From the NCBI GenBank assembly GCA_036785375.1, contig JAWMAR010000916.1:372001-436000 (forward strand): a stretch of 64,000 nt of DNA, written 5' to 3'. Origin of the DNA: Leucoraja ocellata. Taxonomy: Eukaryota. Both the position numbers and the translations under genes were made by a program. Positions 35,260 through 47,979 of the stretch are shown one piece after another (the first letter of the stretch is position 1; each line of letters opens with the position of its first letter). Below the pieces are notes generated by a model, which had not been told where the DNA came from, searched no databases, and worked only from the letters and a program-made list of their open reading frames with translations.

Positions 35260-36019
35260 AACCATGTAATAACCATATAACAATTACAGCACAGAAACAG
35301 GCCGTCTCGACCCTTCTAGTCCGTGCCGAACACATAATCTCCCCTAGTCCCATATACCTGCGCTCAGACCATAACCCTCCATTCCCTTCCCATCCATATA
35401 ACTATCCAATTTATTTTTAAATGATAAAAACAAACCTGCCTCCACCACCTTCACTGGAAGCTCATTCCACATCGCTACCACTCTCTGAGTAAAGAAGTTC
35501 CCCCTCATGTTACCCCTAAACTTCAGTCCCTTAATTCTCAAGTCATGTCCCCTTGTTTGAATCTTCCCTACTCTCAGTGGGAAAAGCTTTTCCACGTCAA
35601 CTCTGTCTATCCCTCTCATCATTTTAAAAACCTCTATCAAGTCCCCCCTTAACCTTCTGCGCTCCAAAGAATAAAGCCCTAACTTATTCAACCTTTCTCT
35701 GTAACTTAGTTGCTGAAACCCAGGCAACATTCTAGTAAATCTCCTCTGTACTCTCTCTATTTTGTTGACATCCTTCCTATAATTAGGTGACCAAAATTGT
35801 ACACCATACGCCAGAATTGGCCTCACCAATGCCTTGTACAATTTTAACATTACATCCCAACTTCTCTACTCAATGCTCTGATTTATAAAGGCCAGCACAC
35901 CAAAAGCTTTCTTTACCACCCTATCTACATGAGATTCCACTTTCAGGGAACTGTGCACAGTTATTCCCAGATCCCTCTGTTCACCTACATTCTTCAATTC
36001 CTTACCATTTACCATGTAA
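35260..36019 (-). mobile_element. CR1-type LINE 3' fragment specific to the third B7 module
   Basis: ORF 35344..35850. AATAT is duplicated on both sides. The element is absent at the paralogous sites (~41650 and ~49080). Confidence 0.85.
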
Positions 36020-36146
36020 AATATGCTGGAGTAACTCAGCGGGACAGGCAGCATCTCTGGAGAGAAGGAATGGGTGAGACCCTTCTCCAGACACCACCGC
36101 TGTTATTACAAAGAAAAGCTTAAAAACAAAGATCATGAATCTTTAC

Positions 36147-36491
36147 CTGCTATTTGTAGTGTGACTGTAACTCGTAGAACCACGCTGTTGCCCTCAGTGG
36201 GGAGTTTCAACTGAATGAGGCATGTGTACGTGGCTGCGTCGCTCACTCGGAGGTCGGTGAGAAGAAGGGAGAAGTTGCCGTGTTTGAACTCTGCGGTGAA
36301 CAGCCTTGCCCTGGTGCCCAGGCCCAATGTGTTGTCCTCTCTGCCCTTATGGAAGGAATGGATTAACTGAGTGGCCACCTGCCAGTAAACACGAATATCA
36401 TTGTTGGCTTGTTTCCCCACGTTGGTGTCCAGACAGGGCAGGAGGGCACTTTCACCCACAATCCCCGTCACTGTGAGGCTAGACGGCGACA
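36147..36491 (-). CDS. B7-family IgV exon, third copy in transcript order
   Basis: 345 bp, phase 1-1, AG/GT boundaries. GESALLPC...IRVYWQ...GNFSLLL.DL.VSDAATYTC is CD80/CD86/ICOSL-like. Confidence 0.9.
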
Positions 36492-37829
36492 CTGGGGGTA
36501 AAATAAGGACAAAATAAGCCCGGGTCTCGTCCACTCCTTCTCCCCAGAGAAGCTGCCTGTCCCGCTGAGTTACTCCAGCGTTTTGTCTATCTTCGGCTTA
36601 AACCAGCATCTGTAGTTCCTTCCTACACATTTTTTTTAGTTTAGAGATACAGCGCGGAAACAGGTCCTTTGTCCCATCGAGTCCACGCCGACCAGCGATC
36701 CCCGCACACTAACACACTAGGGACAATTTACAATTATACCAAGCCATTTAGCCTACAAACCTGTACGTCTTTGGAGTGTAGGAGGAAACTGGGGATCCCG
36801 GAGAAAGCCAACACAGGTCACAGGGAGAACGTACAAACTCCGTACAGACAGCACTCGTAGTCAGGATCGTCCCCGGGTCTCTGGTGCTGTGAGGCAGCAA
36901 CTCTATCGCTGCGCCACCGTGCCACCCCGGTGTTTCACAACTGCGCTGAATGCCATTTAAAATTCTCAATGGCCCTTTCACTACTTCCAATTGTTTTACT
37001 ACCCTTGAGTGCCCAAAATAGGTGAGAGGGGGAAAGTTTAAAGGAGAAGTGAGAGGTCAGTTTTATTACAGAGTGTGGTGGGCGTCTGGAATGTGCTGCC
37101 AGGGGTGGTGGTGGAGGCTGATACGATAGTGGTGTTTAAGAGGCTTTTAGTTAGGCACAGGGATATGCAGGGAACGGAGGGATATGGATCATGAGAAGGC
37201 AGGGGAGATCGGTTTTACTTTGCATCATGCTTGGCACAGACATTGTGGGCCGAAGGGCCTGTTCTGTGCTGGATCTTCATAAGTTCGTAAGTGATAGGAG
37301 CAGAATGAGGCCATTCGGCCCATCAAGTCTACTCCGCCACTCAATCATGGCTGATCTATCTCTCCCTCCTAAACCCATTCTCCTGCCTTCTCCCCATAAC
37401 CCCTGACATCTTCTATAACTTTGCCACCAGCTACAGCGGGTGATGGCATAGTTATGGGGCGTGAAATAGGAGCTCAACAAATCAAAGAATTATGACAGAA
37501 CGGCACCGTCATCTCAGTGAAAGACAATACAAGTTTTTTTATTCTATGGATCCCAGAAATAACAAATAGAAAATACTTAGCAGGTCAGGCAGCATCTATG
37601 GGAAGAGAAGTATTCAACGTTTCAGGTTGAATAGCCAAGAGACATTTAGTTTAGTTTAGTTTAGTTTATTGTCACGTGTATCGAGGTACATTGGAAAGCT
37701 GTTTTTGTTGCGTGCTATCCAGCCAGCGGAAAGACTATACATGATTACAATGGAAGAAATCTCTCAATCCAAAACGTCACCTGTCCCCATTCTCCAGAGA
37801 TGCTGCCTGATCCGCTGAGTTACTCCAGC

Positions 37830-38730
37830 AATTACTCATGACTGCGTAGCCGGTCAAAGTGCGAACTCCATCATCAAGTTCGCTGACGACACCACTGTTG
37901 TGGGACGTATCACTGATGGGGACGAGTCAGAGTATAGAAGTGAGATCGACCGACTGACCAAATGGTGCCAGCACAATCACATGGCCCTCAACACCAGCAA
38001 AACCAAGGAACTGATTGTGGACTTTGGAAGGGGTAGGATGGGGACCCACAGTCCCGTTTATATTGGTGGAAAGGGTCGAGAGCTTCAAATTCCTGGGCGT
38101 GCACATCTCTGATCTCTCCTGGTCTTTCTTATAAAGAAAGTTCATCAGCGCCTCTACTTCCTGAGAAGATTAAGGAGAGTTGGTATGTCAAGGAGGACTC
38201 TCTCTAACTTCTACAGGTGCACAGTAGAGAGCATGCTGATCGGTTGCATCGTGGCTTGGTCTGGCAACTGGAGTGCCCAGGAGCGAAAAAGCAGTAAACA
38301 CTGCTCAGTCCATCATCGGCTCTGACCTCCCTACCATCGAGGGGATCTATCGCAGTCGCTGCCCCAAAAAGGCTGGCAGTATCATCAAGGACCCACATCA
38401 TCCTGGCCACACACTCATCTCCCCGCTACCTTCAGGTAGAAGGTACAGAAGCCTGAAGACTGCAACGTCCAGGTTCAGAAACAGCTACTTCCCCACAGCC
38501 ATCAGGCTATTGAACTCAACTCAAACAAAACTCTGAACATTAATAGCCCATTATCTGTTTATTTGCACTTTATCTGTTTTATTTATTCATGTGTGTATAT
38601 ATTCATACAATGGTATATGTACACACTGATCTGGTCAGTATTCATGCCTTCTATATTCTGTTGTGCTGAAGCAAAGCAAGAATTTCATTGTCCTATCTGG
38701 GACACATGACAATAAACTCTCTTGAATCTT
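37830..38730 (+). mobile_element. Rex1/Babar-type LINE 3' fragment (paralog ~44230-45130)
   Basis: [13 protein letters not shown]...SKTKELIVDF...LPSGRRYRS. Confidence 0.8.
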
Positions 38731-38922
38731 GAATTTGTGTCTATCTTCAGTGTAAACCAGCATCTGCAGTTCCTTCCTATACATGATTACAATGTACGGA
38801 TACAGGATAAAGGGAATAACCTTTAGTGCAAGATAAAGTCCAGTAAAGTCAACTTGACTTTAAAAGTTTGTTGTCTATATTGAGGGCGTTTTTCAAGGAG
38901 AGAGATGTTTTTTCCCACTTAC

Positions 38923-39219
38923 TTGCAGTAAAGGTTTCAGTTTGTTTCTCCTTCAGCCTGGTGTTGTGAATGCTACAGGTGATGCAGTGTACTCCAGCAG
39001 ACACCCACAGGAACGAGGTTACGTTGCACAGTCTCTGCGGGGAGCAGTCGGTGTGGGTTGTGGCCGTGCTGTTCGGATCTAGGTTCAGGGACCCGCAGGT
39101 CCAGCCCACCGCTGGGGCTGGATACCCTCCCCAGGAGGAGCAGGTCAGCCTCAGCACCCCTCATGCACCTTGCTGTCCCTCCGACAGATGCGTACTCAGG
39201 GTCGGCTTGGCAAAGTGGG
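38923..39219 (-). pseudogene. B7-family IgC exon, second copy, with premature TGA at 39163-39161
   Basis: 297 bp, phase 1-1. Reads AHFAKPTLSTHLSEGQQGA*GVLRLTCSSWGGYPAP. The paralogous exon has GGA at this codon. Confidence 0.85.
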
Positions 39220-39299
39220 CTGGAATGGAACAGCAGCGTTAACATTAACAAGACAGCGCTGACTGGCTAGCACCCAACAAAAGCTTTTCACTGTTCCTC

Positions 39300-40275
39300 G
39301 ACACACTTTTATTTTACATTTCAAAATATACTTTCTTCGAGAAATAAATATATCTAACACATGATCCTTACAAGTCTCCATCCAACATTCTCGGAGGCTA
39401 TACATACATTCAATACTGTTTACACAAATCACACAATTTTACCCCACACCCGTGCCACTCATGTGGCCCACTTGCATGGAATCCCTTCCCTTATTTTAAG
39501 GGGAGTCTCCACCACACCCTGCCCCCCATGTCCAGCAGCAGAAGGACCCTAGACTGTGGTCCTCCCCCACCGAGCCTTGGCGTTGGCTGCACCAAGCTTC
39601 AGTGCGTCCCTTAGCACGTACTCCTGCAGTCTGCAGCGGGCCAGTCGGCAACATTCCCCGACGGACAACTCGCTCCGCTGGGTGGTCAACAACGCTCGGG
39701 CAGACCAAAAGCGTCTTTCACCGAGTTGATGACCTTCCAGCAGCACTCGATGTCAGTCTCTGAATGTGTCCCTGGGAACAGTCCGTAAATCAGAGTCCTC
39801 TGTGATGGAGCTGTTGAGAATAAATCGTTACAGAGATGGGTCTCCAATTCTTTATATCCTTCATCTCCCCCTTCTGCTTGTAGATTAGGGTGATGCTGCC
39901 CTTCCTCATGCAGTCTGACATGCTGCCGGCTAGAAGCATGTCGTTGTACATTTCCAGCAGGTCCGGGCCCACCCAGTCCCACAGAGCCGAATACAACTCG
40001 GCCGGTAAGCCATCGCTTCCGGGAGTTTTACTCGTCAAAGGAACGGATGGAGCCAGTCAGCTCCTCTAGGGTCAGTGGTTGGTCCAGACTCTCCCGCTTG
40101 CTGTCCTCCAAGACCTCCGTGATGGAGGACAGGAAATTCTGGGAGGCGGTGGTGCTGTCCGTGGCCTTTCTGGTGCACAAACCTGTTTAAAAGGTTTTGC
40201 AGATCCTCAGCATGTCCGTCTGCAAGGATGTTACCGAGCCGTCCTCCTCCCTAAGGCTGTTGATCACAGAGCTTT
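39300..40275 (-). mobile_element. Tx1/Keno-like fragment (paralog ~45700-46675)
   Basis: KTPGSDGLPAELY...KNWRPIS joined to the C-terminus WKVINSVKDALWSAR...LRDALKLG...ARWG and a 3' UTR. Confidence 0.75.
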
Positions 40276-41774
40276 GGTTTAAACCAAAGATAAACACAAA
40301 CTAGCAGGAGGAATCAGTGTCAGGAGGAATCAGAGGGATTGTGTGTCTATCTTTATGTACTTGTATCCCACGGTCTCTCAGTTCTAAGAATCTCCCTTTC
40401 ATTCACTGTGTACCTGCTGGCGTAGCTTTGGGTTAAATGTACAAAATGTTGCATTCCATTGAATTAAATTGCAGCTGAGTTTGAGTTTAGTTTATTGTCA
40501 CGTGTACTGAGGTACAAGGAAAAGAGTTCTGTAGAGAGCTCTGCCATTCGCTTGCCCATTTCCCCAGTTGAACTTGACCCTGGTGCAACTATAAACTACC
40601 TTCCTCACTGTCCACCACACCTACAATTTTGGTGCCATCTACACACTTGATCATCTATATTCTCTTCCACACTGCAAACAAAGACCAGCCAGTCCAAATC
40701 GGTGCCATTTTTAAATTGGTGAAGAGAGAAGATTGTTCATGACATGGTTTTTTTGTCTCTGGTGCGTCAGAGACAGATTGGAGATCTGTTAGGAAGTAAA
40801 TAACATTCCAAGAGCTTTAGTGTTGACAGTCAAACCCTTTATCCCCAGGGTGGGAATGTCAAAGACTAGATGGCGTAGCTTTCAGGTGAGAGGGGCAAAG
40901 TTTAAAGGAGATGTGCGGGGCAAGTTGTGTCACACAGACACAGGGTGGTGGGTGCCTGGAACACGCTGCCAGGGGTGGTGGTGGAGGCAGATACGACAGT
41001 GGTGTTTGACATGGTAGTGCAGGGATTAGATCGATGTGGATCAAGTGCAGGCAGATGAGATTAGTTTAGCTGGGTATCATGTTTGCTGGGCCGAAAGGTC
41101 CATTCCTGTGCTGTACTGTTCTATGTTCCACCTATCAGCTACTGCTGGGTCCTGAAGAATATCTGCAGACGATGACGATTTTGAGTGTATGGAGCAACGA
41201 TCAGGGAAACGAGTCGGTCACAACCATTACGAGTAATATAGAAGGAACAAGTCCATTGGGCAGCACGGTGGCGCAGCGGTAGAGTTGCTGTCTCACAGCG
41301 CCAGAGACCCAGGTTCGATCCTGACTATGGGTGCTGTCTGTATGGAGTTTGTACGTTCTCCCCGTGACCTGCGTGAGTTTTCTCTGGAAGCTCCGGTTTC
41401 CTCCCACATTCCAAAGTTGTACAGGTTGTAGGTTAATGGGCTTGGTATAAATGTGAAATTGTGCCTAGTGTTATTGTGCGGGGATTGCTGGTCGGCACGG
41501 ACTCGATGGGCCAAAGGGCCTGTTTCCAAGCTGTATCACTAAACTAAACTAAATTTCCTAAGTATGCTTACATTTGACAACTTCCACTTGTCACCACCAT
41601 TGTGTAGGAAGGAACTGCAGATGCTGGTTTACACAGAAGACAGACACAATATGCTGGAGTAACTCAGCGGGACAGGCAGCATCTCTGGAGAGAAGGAATG
41701 GGTGAGACCCTTCTCCAGACACCACCGCTGTTATTACAAAGAAAAGCTTAAAAACAAAGATGATGAACCTTTAC

Positions 41775-42119
41775 CTGCTATTTGTAGTGTGACTGTAACT
41801 CGTAGAACCACGCTGTTGCCCTCAGTGGGGAGTTTCAACTGAATGAGGCATGTGTACGTGGCTGCGTCGCTCACTCGGAGGTCGGTGAGAAGAAGGGAGA
41901 AGTTGCCATGTTTGAACTCTGCGGTGAACAGCCTTGCCCTGGTGCCCAGGCCCAATGTGTTGTCCTCTCTGCCCTTATGGAAGGAATGGATTAACCGAGT
42001 GGCCACCTGCCAGTAAACACGAATATCATTGTTGGCTTGTTTCCCCACGTTGGTGTCCAGACAGGGCAGGAGGGCACTTTCACCCACAATCCCCGTCACT
42101 GTGAGGCTAGACGGCGACA
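41775..42119 (-). CDS. B7-family IgV exon, second copy
   Basis: 345 bp, phase 1-1. One Q>R change relative to the other two V exons. Confidence 0.85.
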
Positions 42120-42143
42120 CTGGGGATAAAATAAGGACAAAAT

Positions 42144-42906
42144 TATTATCTAATTGGTGGCCGATTAGGAAAAGGGGAGATGCAACGAGACCTGGGTGTC
42201 ATGGTACACCAGTCATTGAAAGTAGGAATGCAGGTGCAGCAGGCAGTGAAGAAAGCGAATGGTATGTTAGCATTCATAGCAAAAGGATTTGAGTATAGGA
42301 GCAGGGAGGTTCTACTGCAGTTGTACAAGGTCTTGGTGAGACCACACCTGGAGTATTGCGTACAGTTTTGGTCTCCAAATCTGAGGAAAGACATTCTTGC
42401 CATAGAGGGAGTGCAGAGAAGGTTCACCAGACTGATTCCTGGGATGGCAGGACTTTCATATGAAGAAAGACTGGATAGACTCGGCTTGTACTCGCTAGAA
42501 TTTAGGAGATTGAGGGGGGATCTTATAGAAACTTACAAAATTCTTAAGGGGTTGGACAGACTAGATGCAGGAAGATTGTTCCCGATGTTGGGGAAGTCCA
42601 GAACAAGGGGTCACAGTTGAAGGATAAAGGGGAAATGCTTTGGGACCAAGATGAGAAAAGCATTTTTCACACAGAGAGTGCTGAATCACTGGAACTCTCT
42701 GCCACAGAATGTAGTTGAGGCCAGTTCATTGGCTATATTTAAGAGGGAGTTAGATGTGGCCCTTGTGGCTAAAGGGATCAGGGGGTATGGAGAGAAGGCA
42801 GGTACAGGATACTGAGTTGGATGATCAGCCATGATCATTCTGAATGGCGATGCAGGCTCGAAGGGCCAAATGGCCTACTCCTGCACCTAATTTCTATGAT
42901 TCTATG
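42144..42906 (+). mobile_element. CR1-type LINE 3' fragment inserted ~22 nt upstream of the V2 splice acceptor
   Basis: ORF 42180..42620. AAAAT is duplicated. The element is absent at the V1 and V3 acceptors. Confidence 0.88.
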
Positions 42907-45321
42907 AAAATAAGCCCGGGTCTCGTCCACTCCTTCTCCCCAGAGAAGCTGCCTGTCCCGCTGAGTTATTCCAGCGTTTTGTCTATCTTCGACTTAAACC
43001 AGCATCTGCAGTTCCTTCCTACACATTTTTTTTAGTTTAGAGATACAGCACGGAAACAGGCCCTTTGGCCCATCGAGTCCACGCCGACCAGCGATCCCCG
43101 CACACTAACACACTAGGGACAATTTACAATTATACCAAGCCATTTAGCCTACAAACCTGTACGTCTTTGGAGTGTAGGAGGAAACTGGGGATCCCGGAGA
43201 AAGCCAACACAGGTCACAGGGAGAACGTACAAACTCCGTACAGACAGCACTCGTAGTCAGGATCGTCCCCGGGTCTCTGGTGCTGTGAGGCAGCAACTCT
43301 ATCACTGCGCCACCGTGCCACACCGGTGTTTCACAACTGCGCTGAATGCCATTTAAAATTCTCAATGGCCCTTTCACTACTTCCAATTGTTTTACTACCC
43401 TTGAGTGCCCAAAATAGGTGAGAGGGGGAAAGTTTAAAGGAGAAGTGAGAGGTCAGTTTTATTACAGAGTGTGGTGGGCGTCTGGAATGTGCTGCCAGGG
43501 GTGGTGGTGGAGGCTGATACGATAGTGGTGTTGAAGAGGCTTTTAGTTAGGCACAGGGATATGCAGGGAACGGAGGGATATAGATCATGAGAAGGCAGGG
43601 GAGATTGGTTTTACTTTGCATCATGCTTGGCACAGACATTGTGGGCCGAAGGGCCTGTTCTGTGCTGGATCTTCATAAGTTCGTAAGTGATAGGAGCAGA
43701 ATGAGGCCATTCGGCCCATCAAGTCTACTCCGCCACTCAATCATGGCTGATCTATCTCTCCCTCCTAAACCCATTCTCCTGCCTTCTCCCCATAACCCCT
43801 GACATCTTCTATAACTTTGCCACCAGCTACAGCCGGTGATGGCATAGTTATGGGGCGTGAAATAGGAGCTCAACAAATCAAAGAATTATGACAGAACGGA
43901 ACCGTCATCTCAGTGAAAGACAATACAAGTTTTTTTATTCTATGGATCCCAGAAATAACAAATAGAAAATACTTAGCAGGTCAGGCAGCATCTATGGGAA
44001 GAGAAGTATTCAATGTTTCAGGTTGAATAGCCAAGAGACATTTAGTTTAGTTTAGTTTAGTTTATTGTCACGTGTATCGAGATACATTGGAAAGCTGTTT
44101 TTGTTGCGTGCTATCCAGCCAGCGGAAAGACTATACATGATTACAATGGAAGAAATCTCTCAATCCAAAACGTCACCTGTCCCCATTCTCCAGAGATGCT
44201 GCCTGATCCGCTGAGTTACTCCAGCAATTACTCATGACTGCTTAGCCGGTCAAAGTGTGAACTCCATCATCAAGTTCGCTGACGACACCACTGTTGTGGG
44301 ACGTATCACTGATGGGGACGAGTCAGAGTATAGAAGTGAGATCGACCGACTGACCAAATGGTGCCAGCACAATCTCATGGCCCTCAACACCAGCAAAACC
44401 AAGGAACTGATTGTGGACTTTGGAAGGGGTAGGATGGGGACCCACAGTCACGCTTATAATGGTGGAAAGGGTCGAGAGCTTCAAATTCCTGGGCGTGCAC
44501 ATCTCTGAAGATCTCTCCTGGTCTTTCTTATAAAGAAAGCTCATCAGCGCCTCTACTTCCTGAGAAGATTATGGAGAGTCGGTATGTCAAGGAGGACTCT
44601 CTCTAACTTCTACAGGTGCACAGTAGAGAGCATGCTGATCGGTTGCATCGTGGCTTGGTCTGGCAACTGGAGTGCCCAGGAGCGAAAAAGCAGTAAACAC
44701 TGCCCAGTCCATCATCGGCTCTGACCTCCCTACCATCGAGGGGATCTATCGCAGTCGCTGCCCCAAAAAGGCTGGCAGTATCATCAAGGACCCACATCAT
44801 CCTGGCCACACACTCATCTCCCCGCTACCTTCAGGTAGAAGGTACAGGAGCCTGAAGACTGCAACGTCCAGGTTCAGAAACAGCTACTTCCCCACAGCCA
44901 TCAGGCTATTGAACTCAACTCAAACAAAACTCTGAACATTAATAGCCCATTATCTGTTTATTTGCACTTTATCTGTTTTATTTATTCATGTGTGTATATA
45001 TTCATACAATGGTATATGTACACACTGATCTGGTCAGTATTCATGCCTTCTATATTCTGTTGTGCTGAAGCAAAGCAAGAATTTCATTGTCCTATCTGGG
45101 ACACATGACAATAAACTCTCTTGAATCTTGAATTTGTGTCTATCTTCAGTGTAAACCAGCATCTGCAGTTCCTTCCTATACATGATTACAATGTACGGAT
45201 ACAGGATAAAGGGAATAACCTTTAGTGCAAGATAAAGTCCAGTAAAGTCAACTTGACTTTAAAAGTTTGTTGTCTATATTGAGGGCGTTTTTCAAGGAGA
45301 GAGATGTTTTTTCCCACTTAC

Positions 45322-45618
45322 TTGCGGTAAAGGTTTCAGTTTGTTTCTCCTTCAGCCTGGTGTTGTGAATGCTACAGGTGATGCAGTGTACTCCAGCAGA
45401 CACCCACAGGAACAAGGTTACGTTGCACAGTCTCTGCGGGGAGCAGTCGGTGTGGGTTGTGGCCGTGCTGTTCGGATCTAGGTTCAGGGACCCGCAGGTC
45501 CAGCCCACCGCTGGGGCTGGATACCCTCCCCAGGAGGAGCAGGTCAGCCTCAGCACCCCTCCTGCACCTTGCTGTCCCTCCGACAGATGCGTACTCAGGG
45601 TCGGCTTGGCAAAGTGGG
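45322..45618 (-). CDS. B7-family IgC exon, first copy, intact
   Basis: 297 bp, phase 1-1. AHFAKPTLS...LRLTCSSWGGYPAPAVGW...CITCSIHN. Confidence 0.88.
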
Positions 45619-47979
45619 CTGGAATGCAACAGCAGCGTTAACATTAACAAGACAGCGCTGACTGGCTAGCACCCAACAAAAGCTTTTCACTGTTCCTCGA
45701 CACACTTTTATTTTACATTTCAAAATATACTTTCTTCAAGAAATAAATATATCTAACACATGATCCTTACAAGTCTCCATCCAACATTCTCGGAGGCTAT
45801 ACATACATTCAATACTGTTTACACAAATCACACAATTTTACCCCACACCCGTGCCACTCATGTGGCCCACTTGCATGGAATCCCTTCCCTTATTTTAAGG
45901 GGCGTCTCCACCACACCCTGCCCCCCCATGTCCAGCAGCAGAAGGACCCTAGACTGTGGTCCTCCCCCACCGAGCCTTGGCATTGGCTGCACCGAGCTTC
46001 AGTGCGTCCCTTAGCACGTACTCCTGCAGTCTGCAGCGGGCCAGTCGGCAACATTCCCCGACGGACATCTCGCTCTGCTGGGTGGTGAACAATGCTCGGG
46101 CAGACCAAAGAGCGTCTTTCACCGAGTTGATGACCTTCCAGCAGCACTCGATGTCAGTCTCTGAATGTGTCCCTGGGAACAGTCCGTAAATCACAGTCCT
46201 CTGTGACGGAGCTGTTCAGAATAAATCGTGACAGAGATGGGTCTCCAATTCTTTATATCCTTCCTCTCCCCCTTCTGCTTGTAGATTAGGGTAATGCTGC
46301 CCTTCCTCATGGAGTCTGACATGCTGCCGGCTAGAAGCATGTCGTTGTACATTTCCAGTAGGTCCAGGCCCACCCAGTCCCACAGAGCCGAGTACAACTC
46401 GGCCGGTAAGCCATCATTTCCAGGAGTTTTACTCGTCAAAGGAATAGATGGAGCCAGTCAGCTCCTCTAGGGTCAGAGGTTGGTCCAGACTCTCCCGCTT
46501 GCTGTTCTCCAAGACCTCCGTGATGGAGGACAGGAAATTCTGGGAGGCGGTGGTGCTGTCCGTGGCCTTTCTGGTGCACAAATCTGTTTAAAAGGTTTTG
46601 CAGATCCTCAGCATGTCCGTCTGCAAGGATGTTACCGAGCCGTCCTCCTCCCTAAGGCTGTTCATCACAGAGCTTTGGTTTAAACCAAAGATAGACACAA
46701 ACTAGCAGGAGGAATCAGTGTCAGGAGGAATCAGAGGGATTGTGTGTCTATCTTTATGTACTTGTATCCCACGGTCTCTCAGTTCTAAGAATCTCCCTTT
46801 CATTCACTGTGTACCTGCTGGCGTAGCTTTGGGTTAAATGTACAAAATGTTGCATTCCATTGAATTAAATTGCAGCTGAGTTTGAGTTTAGTTTATTGTC
46901 ACGTGTACTGAGGTACAAGGAAAAGAGTTCTGTAGAGAGCTCTGCCATTCGCTTGCCCATTTCCCCAGTTGAACTTGACCCTGGTACAACTATAAACTAC
47001 CTTCCTCACTGTCCACCACACCTACAATTTTGGTTCCATCTACACACTTGATCATCTATATTCTCTTCCACACTGCAAACAAAGACCAGCCAGTCCAAAT
47101 CGGTGCCATTTTTAAATTGGTGAAGAGAGAAGATTGCTCATGACATGGTTTTTTTGTCTCTGGAGCATCAGAGACAGATTGGAGATCTGTTAGGAAGTAA
47201 ATAACATTCCAAAAGCTTTAGTGTTGACAGTCAAACCCTTTATCCCCAGGGAGGGAATGTCAAAGACTAGATGGCGTAGCTTTCAGGTGAGAGGGGCAAA
47301 GTTTAAAGGAGATGTGAAGAACAAGTTGTGTCACACAGACACAGGGTGGTGGGTGCCTGCAACACGCTGCCAGGGGTGGTGGTGGAGGCAGATACGACAG
47401 TGGTGTTTGACATGGTAGTGCAGGGATTAGATTGATGTGGATCAAGTGCAGGCAGATGAGATTAGTTTAGCTGGGTATCATGTTTGCTGGGCCGAAAGGT
47501 CCGTTCCTGTGCTGTACTGTTCTATGTTCCACCTATCAGCTACTGCTGGGTCCTGAAGAATATCTGCAGACGATGACGATCTTGAGTGTACGGAGCAACG
47601 ATCAGGGAAACGAGTCGGTCACAACCATTACGAGTAATATAGAAGGAACAAGTCCATTGGGCAGCACGGTGGCGCAGCGGTAGAGTTGCTGTCTCACAGC
47701 GCTAGAGACCCAGGTTCGATCCTGACTACGGTCACTGTCTGTACGGAGTTTGTACGTTCTCCCCGTGACCTGCGTGGGATTTCTCTGGAATCTCCGGTTT
47801 CCTCCCACATTCCAAAGTTGTACAGGTTTGTAGGTTAATGGGCTTGGTATCAATGTGAAATTGTCCCTAGTATTATTGTGCGGGGATTGCTGGTCGGCAC
47901 GGACTCGGTGGGCCAAAGGGCCTGTTTCCAAGCTGTATCACTAAACTAAACTAAATTTCCTAAGTATGCTTACATTTTA

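Noticed and set aside
40638-40655. Possible missing U2 5' end (ACACTTGATC match)
   Set aside because: Only about 10 nt match, within a degraded LINE fragment; the flanks are not U2.
41258-41330. tRNA gene-like A/B boxes
   Set aside because: These are SINE heads followed by a V-domain and LINE-like tail, not tRNA genes.
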